From Bdellovibrionales bacterium (GTDB lineage: Bacteria; Bdellovibrionota; Bdellovibrionia; Bdellovibrionales; UBA1609): a stretch of DNA of 64,000 bases. This document shows, piece after piece, positions 17,426-25,969 of the stretch (position 1 is its first letter; the number at the start of each line of letters is the position of its first letter). A program made the translations under genes and the position numbers. Below the pieces are notes generated by a model that did not search any database, had not been told where the DNA came from, and saw only the letters and a program-made list of their open reading frames with translations. The DNA lies in contig JAWLHR010000010.1 in assembly GCA_041690295.1 (NCBI GenBank), forward strand, positions 32,001 through 96,000. Reading direction: 5' to 3'.

Positions 17426-18238
17426 TTAGAGGTTGCACTCTTTAGCCAGGTGTAAACGGCTTTGGATGTACTCCTGAAGTCGGGTCGGAGTCATCGTTCC
17501 GTCCGAAGCTTTCACCACGCGGCCCGTGGACGGGTCGGTGACTTCGTCGTTCGCCAAAGCGGCGGCCAAGCATTCAGCGCCCACTTTTTCGCGCTCAGCT
17601 TGGGGCAAATTCTTCGCACCAGCTTTGAATTCGCAAACCTGCATTTCAATGGCATTCACTTGCGCCTGAACGCCCATTTTCTCGAGGTTCTTACCGGCGG
17701 CACAGGAACCGAGAGTCACGTAACCGGCTTGGCGCGCGGAAAGGATATCATCGTAAGAAGGATAAACGCGGATTCCGGATTTTTGAAAACGCTCGGTCAA
17801 GCGGCGGGCGATTTCTTCGTCTTTGTCGTTGATGCCGCAAGTTTGACCATTCAACGCTTCATCGACCGCGGAACGAGTGGTGGTATCTTTCACCACCGCG
17901 GCCAACTGAATCATTTGACCTTTGGGAGCGAAAATCGATTTGGCGAGTTGTTCGTTTTGCGATTTGGCTTGAATCGAGTTGCCGGCGACATAGCCGCTGT
18001 TGAACTTGTTCACCAAGCTCAACAAGGCCGCTTGTTCAGCGCCACTCAGTTTGGCCATGGCGGCATTCAAATCGGCGGCCGTCATACTGGAAACACCCAA
18101 GGTTTGTTGCAAGAACTGCTGGCCCATACGTGTGGTCGCCAATTTCTCCAGCTGCGCTTGAGCGGCTTGAGCGAACGCTTGCGACTGAACGGCCAGTGCG
18201 ATGAATCCGCAGACTGCCAACTTCATAAATGCCTTCAT
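17426..18238 (-). CDS. Secreted hypothetical protein (Ala/Gln-rich N-half, Cys-containing C-half)
   Basis: Signal peptide MKAFMKLAVCGFIALAVQSQAFA-Q; AAGGAAGG SD. Confidence 0.75.
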   Translation of the reverse strand: MKAFMKLAVCGFIALAVQSQAFAQAAQAQLEKLATTRMGQQFLQQTLGVSSMTAADLNAAMAKLSGAEQAALLSLVNKFNSGYVAGNSIQAKSQNEQLAKSIFAPKGQMIQLAAVVKDTTTRSAVDEALNGQTCGINDKDEEIARRLTERFQKSGIRVYPSYDDILSARQAGYVTLGSCAAGKNLEKMGVQAQVNAIEMQVCEFKAGAKNLPQAEREKVGAECLAAALANDEVTDPSTGRVVKASDGTMTPTRLQEYIQSRLHLAKECNL

Positions 18239-18529
18239 TTTTGCCTTCCTTCCTTAATCCCTCTAAGGTTTGCGCTACAGCTAGCGTAATGTAATGCCAC
18301 TGGTCAAACCCGAATTTTTAAAAAAAATTCAATACCTTGTTAAAACTCCAAAACCAACATTCGCGGGCGGAAATCCGTTTTCGACCTGCGCATTTTTTAG
18401 CCCAAATATATGCAAAGACGTGACCACGGTCCTCGATTCTCCCGTCTCGTAAATTTTCGCTTTTAAAAACCTGTTCGGCGCACTCCTTGTCACTTTTTTT
18501 CGCGAATGTGTCATTTTTGGGCGAACTCA

Positions 18530-19723
18530 CTAAAACGTAATCTGTCCGGTGTTTGGGTCGCGGCACTCATAAATCGGTGAAATCAGCATCGTCGAGTCGG
18601 GGATGAGGTCGCAGCGCGGGCGTTCGGCTCGGTAAATCAGAACCTCTAAATCGCTCCAGTAGGCCTTTTTCGCCTTGGCAAGTAAGCGATCCGCGGCGGC
18701 CTTGGCCTGCACGTTCGCGGGAAAGTTGTTCCGTAAAAACAAACTGGCTCCGAGCCACACGGCGGCGGCACCCTGGCAGTATTCGCCGCGGTTAAACCGA
18801 CCCAAGATGCTGGAAGTTTGGCCCGAGAAAAAGGCGCTCACGTCTTCGAGGCACTTGGGGCTGGATCGCGGGGCATTTTGCCCGCTTTCCCTCAGGTACA
18901 ACTCAAAATCGTAAAAATATCCCAGCCGTTCACTGGCGCGATAAAACTCTTCGACTAGAATATCCCGGCCCACGCCTTCCGCGTTCTTCAGTTGCGCTTT
19001 GATCGTGGTTAAACGTTGAGTCAGTTCCAAGTTCCGAGCCTGCCACATCCCATACTCCATCGCCTCCGAGGCCCCCCAAGCCGCGACGCCAATCAGTAGG
19101 ACCTGTTTCAGCAGGCGCGAGGCGGATTGCAGTCTCGTCGCGGTGAGATCAAGGAACGACTTGGTCGAAGCCAGAGCCGCCACCAAACCGCCGCCCACGC
19201 CGGCCAGAGTGGCGTAGGCCTTTTGGCGCTCCTGATAAAGCGCCTCGGAGAGTTCACGATCACTCGAGGCCAACCCACTTAAAATCTCGTAGGGACCTGC
19301 GGGAATCCGGTTCGGAGAGGGCGGGAGGATCTCATTGTATAAGCGGATTTCCTCGCGCATCCGTTCATAACTCTGCAACAGGTTCAAACTGGCGATGGAA
19401 TAGGCCAACTGGGCGCGATTGAAACTGCGCTTCAATCGGCTCAGCTTAATGGGGTCAAGGTACTTGGACACCCACATGGTTTGACAGGTGTTCAAGGCAT
19501 AGCGGGCCGCTTCAGGGTAAGTGTTCCAGTAATAACCCAATTCACGAATGGAGGTCTCGTAATCTTTGGTGGGCCAGGTGGCGAAGATTCTCTCACAAAG
19601 TTGATAGGCGCCGGCCGCCCGCTCGAGTTCCTGAGCGCCTTCGAACTTCTGCACGAAGTCCAGCGCTTCGCTGGCCTGCGCGGAAAACCCGATCAAGCTG
19701 AAACAAAGAATCAGAAACTTCAC
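18530..19723 (-). CDS. Secreted hypothetical protein with internal hydrophobic hairpin (operon gene 5)
   Basis: The GTG start at 19723 overlaps the upstream TGA (GTGA). Signal MKFLILCFSLIGFSAQA; hydrophobic segments ATLAGVGGGLVAALA and VLLIGVAAWGA. Confidence 0.75.
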   Translation of the reverse strand: MKFLILCFSLIGFSAQASEALDFVQKFEGAQELERAAGAYQLCERIFATWPTKDYETSIRELGYYWNTYPEAARYALNTCQTMWVSKYLDPIKLSRLKRSFNRAQLAYSIASLNLLQSYERMREEIRLYNEILPPSPNRIPAGPYEILSGLASSDRELSEALYQERQKAYATLAGVGGGLVAALASTKSFLDLTATRLQSASRLLKQVLLIGVAAWGASEAMEYGMWQARNLELTQRLTTIKAQLKNAEGVGRDILVEEFYRASERLGYFYDFELYLRESGQNAPRSSPKCLEDVSAFFSGQTSSILGRFNRGEYCQGAAAVWLGASLFLRNNFPANVQAKAAADRLLAKAKKAYWSDLEVLIYRAERPRCDLIPDSTMLISPIYECRDPNTGQITF

Positions 19724-20796
19724 GGTTTCTCCTTGATCTCGGCTTCGGTGGGTTCGCCAAAAGTGAGCGTAAGGTAACTTTCCAATTTCTCCAACTCTTG
19801 GTTCAAGTGAAGCATCGACATTTGTCGGCAACGGCCGTCGCGGCTGGTCTCGGCTTCACTCAATGCTTTTCTAAAATCCCGCCAGTTTTCCGATTGGGGG
19901 AATTGCTCCAGCACCTCGGCGAATAATCGGTCTTGCACGTCGAGGTTTTCCAGGCGGGGCCACTGCTCGGAAAGACCCTGAGCTTCAGCGCGAATTCTTC
20001 GGATCTCGGTCAGCATCGGGCCATACTCTTTTTCCAATTGGTCGGAATCATTCATCAGGGATTCGAATTTTTCCTGGATCGTCAGGGCCTGATAGGAAAG
20101 ATCGCAAGCGAGTTGCGCCTGAACCACCATCAACACAGTCGCGGGGTTGATCCGGTAGGTGGAGTTGGATTTCAGAACGTATTCGATGTAACCGCCAAGG
20201 GCGCCAAGACCGAGGCTTCCGCCGACAATCCAAGTGGTCGGACTGGTGGCGACACGATAACCGAGACTCGCAAAGCGGCCTTTTTGATTCAGAGTCAATT
20301 CGCGTTGACGGATCTGCCGCAAGAATTCCGCGGTGCTTTGACTGCGAGCGAAGATGAATTTCCAGCCGATCGCCCCCGCCAGCATCAACCATGCGCCGTA
20401 GGAATAAGCCCCTCGGATCACGTACTGCAGCGGTCCGTTCTGAAGCATTTTCGAGGCTTCGAAATCAGCGGCCAATTCCACTCCGAGCGTGTCCGCCAGC
20501 GATTTGATCGCGGCCCGATCCTCGGGTTGGTTCACATATTTGTCCATCATGTGGAACAAAAATAAATTGAACTCGTCGGGGCGGAGAGTGGCGAGTTGCA
20601 TGACAACCGCTTTGGCCAAAAATTCGTTACGGCCGACCGTGGACCAGGGGCTGTCCGACGGTAAACGGCGAACGTGACCGATGTAATCATCGAGAAGCTT
20701 GGCGGACCTTTCAAGCGGTTGTTGGGCGTTCACGCTAAAACTGGTTAAGGACAAGATCAAAGCCAAACCATGGATCAGAAGTTTCTTATAAATCAT
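19720..20796 (-). CDS. Secreted hypothetical protein with Gly-rich hydrophobic hairpin (operon gene 4)
   Basis: Signal MIYKKLLIHGLALILSLTSFSVNA-Q; segments GAWLMLAGAIGWKFIF and WIVGGSLGLGALGGYI; ATGA overlap with the upstream gene. Confidence 0.8.
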   Translation of the reverse strand: MIYKKLLIHGLALILSLTSFSVNAQQPLERSAKLLDDYIGHVRRLPSDSPWSTVGRNEFLAKAVVMQLATLRPDEFNLFLFHMMDKYVNQPEDRAAIKSLADTLGVELAADFEASKMLQNGPLQYVIRGAYSYGAWLMLAGAIGWKFIFARSQSTAEFLRQIRQRELTLNQKGRFASLGYRVATSPTTWIVGGSLGLGALGGYIEYVLKSNSTYRINPATVLMVVQAQLACDLSYQALTIQEKFESLMNDSDQLEKEYGPMLTEIRRIRAEAQGLSEQWPRLENLDVQDRLFAEVLEQFPQSENWRDFRKALSEAETSRDGRCRQMSMLHLNQELEKLESYLTLTFGEPTEAEIKEKP

Positions 20797-23700
20797 GGCG
20801 TGACCTCCTTAACCAACATGCGACGGAGTTGTTCGATTCGGTTCGCCGCCAGTTCGGGATGTTTTTCAATGTCCTGCATGATCCGGCGAGTGAGGGCGGC
20901 GATTTTATTTCCGGTCGTCGTGGTGCCGTAAAACTTGTCCATTTCTTTGAGGAACCAATGGCGAAGTTGATCGTCAAAGTGTTTGAAATTCAGATTCACT
21001 TGGTACTGGGACGTTTGACCGGTGGAATGCCAGACGCGTTCATAAAAAGATTTGAGCAGCGGACTTTTATCCATCTTGGTCCAAATCGGTGACAGCGACT
21101 GATACATATTGAAAATGGAATTTTTCAATTCGAGATATTCATAAGTGGCAATCTGTCCATTGGCATATTGCGCTTCAAGACGACCGAGAGTGTCGGCCAA
21201 GAGATCAGGGTTTTTGGCGGATGAGGGTGTAAGCCCCAATTTTTTATACGCCTCTTGGAATCGGGCATCGAACTTGGCCCATTTGCGGGCCTCTTTCCAC
21301 ACCATTCGCTCTATGCGGAAATAGGATTGCCGCGCGTAATGCGTGACCAATTCCGCCACGCGAGGGTCCTTTTGACTGCGCGCGATCCGCAAGCTTTCCC
21401 GATAAGCTTCACCCAGCGACTGCTCACCCATCGAGGCGCCTTCGCGTAGGTTTAATGTTCTCAGATCCTCGCGCAGACGGGAAAGTTCCCGTTGACCTAA
21501 TCCCTGCAAGCGTTCACCCACAACGCGGTTAAGCATGTGAAAGCCGCCGAAGATCACCGCCAGCAAGGCCACCTGACTGACGGCTTGGAAGCGGGCGTAG
21601 TTGCGGATTTGCGTCTGGCGCGTGACATCGGAATGGAGAGCCACGCAGGGCCCGGACGCATTACATGAGAAGTAATTTCTCAAAGTCTCCACGCGTTTCG
21701 CATCGGTGACGAAGCCGCGATAAGCGGGCTCACCCACACCGATGAAAATGGAGCCCCAAATGAGAGGCGTCAGGCGCGAAAGATTAATGCCGAAGATCGG
21801 AGATAAAGTTTTACTGACCATGTCCGCGGCTTTGGCCACCGGCATGAAGCGCATTCCGAAAATCTGAGCCAGATAAAAGGTGGCCAGAATCAGCATGGCG
21901 TTACCGGACCAGTTGTAAAACTGCCGCCACTCGTTTTCCCAGAATCCCGGTAAGAGCAGTTCCTGGCGAATCTTTTCGTAATACCCTTTGGCCGAACTGA
22001 ACGAGGAAAGAACCAGAGCCAGCTGTGACGTACGGCCGATGATTGTTTTTAATTCCTCGTCCATGCCATCAACGGGGTTGCGGCTGTTTTCAATTTTGCG
22101 CACATATTGATCGAGACGGATCAAATTCTTTTCCGCCTGACGGGCGGCCGCGGTGATTTGCGGATCCACCAAAGCCGAAATGTCGCCGGTTTCCGGTTGT
22201 TCGGCCAACACCTGCCAAAGAGGTTGTCCTGACACTTCAAATCCGAGGATCGGCGCTCCCGCGAAGAGATCATTCTTCAACGCGTCCTGATAGGTGCGTA
22301 ACTCGGACCCGATGAAGTTGGAAAACCACCGGTCACGCAAACCCAGTTGTTCGGCCGTCGGAGACTTTTTCTGTTCTTCGGACAGTTTTTCGTAAACGTT
22401 AAACTTAAGGATTTCACCGATTGAGAGAAGATCGGAAACATCTTTTTTGCGGATGTCGGCGTTTTGACTCAGGGCCTGTAGATATTCCTGAGCGATAATT
22501 CCATTGAGTTTTGTCGGTGCGAACCGGATTTCTCCCTTGATGGAAATCAGTTCGTCGATATCGAGTCCATTCATTTTGGGCAACTCATAGGCCTCAAGAA
22601 TCGTGAGTAGCGCGGACTTATAGGTGGAATATCCGTCTTGATAGGTTTGCGCTTGGCCGATTTGGGCAAGGACGTTTTGGGCCATCGCTGACGGCGCCAA
22701 GGCTTCGATCTCGGGCTGCTTGGCGGCGAGAAGAGTTTGCAAACGAATTTCTTTGGTGGCGAAATCCTTGAGCTCGCGGGCCTCATGGCGCAGATGGTTG
22801 TGAAAATCCAGGCGCTGTTTTTTCCGCATCTCAGCGCGTGTAACGCTGGCCGCGCGGCTGACGGCCGCCTGTAAGGATGGGAGCTTCGTGAGTTCATCGG
22901 CGAAATTCTTCGCGGCCTCATCGAGGATCTGTTCCAACTGAGCGCGATAGTTCGAAGTCAGGTCATGCATCGGCCCGACGAAGATCAACCAGCGCAAGGA
23001 AAGCCGTTTGGCGAAGTAAAGATGGCGATGTAACTCGCGAGCGGGGTCGCGAATATCCCAAAGCCGGAGAACTCCGTTCAAGGCCGCCAGGAAGGCTTGG
23101 GCTTCGTCCTTGCGAATGCCTTCGAGATTGATCCCTTCCATCTGGCCGCCGGTCATCTGGTAATAGCGGCGCCAAAAATCTTCATTGAGCACGAATCCCG
23201 AGCCCGCGCCTTCGAGTTCCTTGAGTCCGTTTTTCACCGCTTCTTCGAGAATGGCTTTTTGCTCCTTCAACTGCTGATTGAGGCTCACCCGGTTCATCAG
23301 GTCCCGCTTCACCTTGAAGCTGGGGAAACGGAGTTTCCAAGAAAGCTCCGGTTCGGGCATGTGATCCGCCTCGCGGCTTAACTCATTGGTGATATAGGCG
23401 GCCTCATACAAACGGTGGGCGGCGAAATGGGTGGCGAAGAGAACCGTGTTTTTGGTGTTGATTTGAGTGAGGAATCTCTGGCGTTCGGCGCGTTCGATAA
23501 AATCCGGATTCACTTCGAACTTCAATAATTGGCGGCCGTTTTGATCCTCAAGGCGGGTGCGCATGGGAAAATTGAGAGTGAGGCCGCTTTCCGTGTCGCC
23601 GTTTGAAGCCAAAGCCGTGAGCGAGGCGGTTTCAAAAAATTTAAGTTGGTCCAGGTGATCCAACGGGATCTGAATGGAATAACGGGTGTCCCATTCTTCG

Positions 23701-24104
23701 GGCAGCAGGGGTTGGCCGAGATAAACATTGAGCCCCTCATAGCGAGTGACGGCGTCGTAAAACGCCTTGATCTCACCGAGAGCGAAAAGTTCCTTGTCCG
23801 GATCGCGAATGGCGGTGAGTCGCGCCGGAAAGGTTTGGGAAATGCCACGATGAAGTTCGCCGAGTCGGGCTTCAATGGCCTGCAACTCGCTTCGGTTCGG
23901 TAAACCGAATCGGGCCAGTTGCGGAACATTCGGATAATAAGCCCGGTCAATCAATCGTTCGATATCGATGATCAAGTTCGTGGCGCGCGATAGAGCGCTT
24001 TCCTCTTCCGCGCCGTTGGTTTGCGCGTGAACCGGAGCGGGGAGAATCGTCAGCGGCGCAAACGTCAAACTCCAGCTTAAGGCGAAGCAAAGGAGACGCT
24101 TCAT
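20793..24104 (-). CDS. Large secreted/membrane hypothetical protein, 1103 aa (operon gene 3)
   Basis: Signal ending PVHA-Q, a long helical body and three hydrophobic segments in the C-terminal third; ATGA overlap with the upstream gene. Confidence 0.85.
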   Translation of the reverse strand: MKRLLCFALSWSLTFAPLTILPAPVHAQTNGAEEESALSRATNLIIDIERLIDRAYYPNVPQLARFGLPNRSELQAIEARLGELHRGISQTFPARLTAIRDPDKELFALGEIKAFYDAVTRYEGLNVYLGQPLLPEEWDTRYSIQIPLDHLDQLKFFETASLTALASNGDTESGLTLNFPMRTRLEDQNGRQLLKFEVNPDFIERAERQRFLTQINTKNTVLFATHFAAHRLYEAAYITNELSREADHMPEPELSWKLRFPSFKVKRDLMNRVSLNQQLKEQKAILEEAVKNGLKELEGAGSGFVLNEDFWRRYYQMTGGQMEGINLEGIRKDEAQAFLAALNGVLRLWDIRDPARELHRHLYFAKRLSLRWLIFVGPMHDLTSNYRAQLEQILDEAAKNFADELTKLPSLQAAVSRAASVTRAEMRKKQRLDFHNHLRHEARELKDFATKEIRLQTLLAAKQPEIEALAPSAMAQNVLAQIGQAQTYQDGYSTYKSALLTILEAYELPKMNGLDIDELISIKGEIRFAPTKLNGIIAQEYLQALSQNADIRKKDVSDLLSIGEILKFNVYEKLSEEQKKSPTAEQLGLRDRWFSNFIGSELRTYQDALKNDLFAGAPILGFEVSGQPLWQVLAEQPETGDISALVDPQITAAARQAEKNLIRLDQYVRKIENSRNPVDGMDEELKTIIGRTSQLALVLSSFSSAKGYYEKIRQELLLPGFWENEWRQFYNWSGNAMLILATFYLAQIFGMRFMPVAKAADMVSKTLSPIFGINLSRLTPLIWGSIFIGVGEPAYRGFVTDAKRVETLRNYFSCNASGPCVALHSDVTRQTQIRNYARFQAVSQVALLAVIFGGFHMLNRVVGERLQGLGQRELSRLREDLRTLNLREGASMGEQSLGEAYRESLRIARSQKDPRVAELVTHYARQSYFRIERMVWKEARKWAKFDARFQEAYKKLGLTPSSAKNPDLLADTLGRLEAQYANGQIATYEYLELKNSIFNMYQSLSPIWTKMDKSPLLKSFYERVWHSTGQTSQYQVNLNFKHFDDQLRHWFLKEMDKFYGTTTTGNKIAALTRRIMQDIEKHPELAANRIEQLRRMLVKEVTP

Positions 24105-25957
24105 TGTCCATCTCCTTCCATCGCCAAACGGCCGAAGAGCGCGAGCGCGATTTGATGCTCGTTAATGCCCATGGTGTAGACGTGATCAAAAAAGGATCTC
24201 GCGCCAAGCTGAATGGCTTTTTGTTGCTCTTCGGAGTCGAAATGCATTCCGTATTGGTCACGGATCTCCGGGTGAAGTGCCGCGTACTGAATGGACAAAA
24301 CGTCGCGGGCGGTTTCCGCCACCTCGATCTCCGTCTTTAAGAGTGAAGCGAGCGGGGCGGGGAACTGTAAATTCACGTCATTGCGAAGCGAGGTTAAATG
24401 ATCGATGTCCCGATTGTAAAACCCGAGGACTTGACCGGACATTTGCGCGAGAACGCTTTTCCCCTCATTGATAATGGCTTTGGCTTTTTCGAGCTTGCGG
24501 AGTTGTGTTTCATGGGGGATTTCGCAATTCGAAGAGCGGCAGAATTTTTCTCGCGCGGATTTGAGAGTTAAGATTTCCCCATTTTCGTTGACGGTCAAAG
24601 CGTCGCGGAATTCGGATTTTTGAATCACATGGCGGATCAGTTCCACCGTGGTTTCGGCGTCATCGACCTTCTGGCTCAGCTCGAAATATTTTTCCACCGC
24701 CACGTTCGCCCAGTTTTCGCGGTTCTTACGTAACATGGGAAGAATTCGGCGGAAACGGGTTTCCCACGGAGTTCTGTAACCGGGTTGAAAACGACGATCC
24801 AAGCTGAAGGCTTGCGCGGTGACACCGAGGTGATAATCCGTGATGGCGTGGGATTGCGAAGCCATCCACGCGCGCGCGTTCTGAATCAATTCGGTTAAGC
24901 GGGCGCCGATTTCAAGATCGGGAAAATAAATCGACGCGTAGGAAATTCCCGCGCCGAAAGCGGTGGCGACGAAGAGACTCGCCGCCCAGATCGAAACGCT
25001 TGAAAGTCCCGCGGCGGTCGCGGCGGCCGCACCCGCCGAACTTCCGACGTTCATCGCGGCGATCAACAAACCTAAATTCACGATCAACTCGCCACGGGCC
25101 ACACCAAAGCGCCAGCCATTGTAAAGCCAGGTGTTGCGAAGCTCGGGGTCAACCAGAAGAATATTTCGCATGTTCTGAAAGATTTCCGCCGCGAGCCGGC
25201 CTTCCTCCGTCTGTTTGAATGCGTGCCATTCACCGCTCAGCCATTTCTCAACCGCGCGACCGAAAAGCCCATGGGCCATTTCGAGCCGTGTTTTATTGAT
25301 CGCGCCGTTTTGAAGAGCGGCCACATTGGCCGCTTGAGTCCAAAGTTGGCCGGTCATGATGAAACCACCGACCATGAGGAACGAGGCGGCCATGGTGCCG
25401 ATCGTTTGAATCAACACCGCCCGTGAGGGATTGGACTTGAGCAAAAAGTTGAGCGCCTGCAGGGCCGTGAACTGGGTGCCGATGCGAACGGCGGCTCCGC
25501 CCGCGACACCAATCCAAAACTCTCCGGAACATAAGATTTCTTTGTGCACGCTGGCCGGGCCCTGGCAAAAAAGATCCTCGGCGGCCTTCATCGTGTGCTT
25601 TTTCACATTTTCATATTCAAGCTTTTGACCGGCGAGCAGCTCTTCTTTTTCGATACGATCACGGGCGAGCTGGGCGGCCGCGGCCATGTACATGATGATC
25701 GCGCCTTGGAGGACATCGTAGACCAGAGTGAATCCGGCCTCGCGGCCGACGGAGGCCAAAACTTTCGCCGCTTTTTCACTTAAGGCGCGTGAATTCCCGC
25801 CATATCGGGTGAGGACGACGGTGTTCGCCAAAGCGCCATTTTGCAGGCGTAAAACATCCTGAGGGGTGACCCGGCGGGCGGCGGACGAGTGCGCCAGAGT
25901 CGGCTGGGCCGCCAGGAGCGCACTCATGATAAAACTAATCGCCGCTTTCCACGCCAT
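24101..25957 (-). CDS. Secreted hypothetical protein with long Ala/Gly-rich hydrophobic region, 618 aa (operon gene 2)
   Basis: Signal MAWKAAISFIMSALLAAQPTLA; an uncharged stretch of about 55 aa, LIVNLGLLIAAM...AFGAGISYASIYF, plus other hydrophobic helices. Confidence 0.8.
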   Translation of the reverse strand: MAWKAAISFIMSALLAAQPTLAHSSAARRVTPQDVLRLQNGALANTVVLTRYGGNSRALSEKAAKVLASVGREAGFTLVYDVLQGAIIMYMAAAAQLARDRIEKEELLAGQKLEYENVKKHTMKAAEDLFCQGPASVHKEILCSGEFWIGVAGGAAVRIGTQFTALQALNFLLKSNPSRAVLIQTIGTMAASFLMVGGFIMTGQLWTQAANVAALQNGAINKTRLEMAHGLFGRAVEKWLSGEWHAFKQTEEGRLAAEIFQNMRNILLVDPELRNTWLYNGWRFGVARGELIVNLGLLIAAMNVGSSAGAAAATAAGLSSVSIWAASLFVATAFGAGISYASIYFPDLEIGARLTELIQNARAWMASQSHAITDYHLGVTAQAFSLDRRFQPGYRTPWETRFRRILPMLRKNRENWANVAVEKYFELSQKVDDAETTVELIRHVIQKSEFRDALTVNENGEILTLKSAREKFCRSSNCEIPHETQLRKLEKAKAIINEGKSVLAQMSGQVLGFYNRDIDHLTSLRNDVNLQFPAPLASLLKTEIEVAETARDVLSIQYAALHPEIRDQYGMHFDSEEQQKAIQLGARSFFDHVYTMGINEHQIALALFGRLAMEGDGQ

Positions 25958-25969
25958 CGCGACTCCGTA

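Noticed and set aside
18283..18299. Sigma54-like TGGCATTACATTACGCT upstream of the 270 aa secreted gene
   Set aside because: The GG-to-GC spacing is 11 rather than the strictly required 10.
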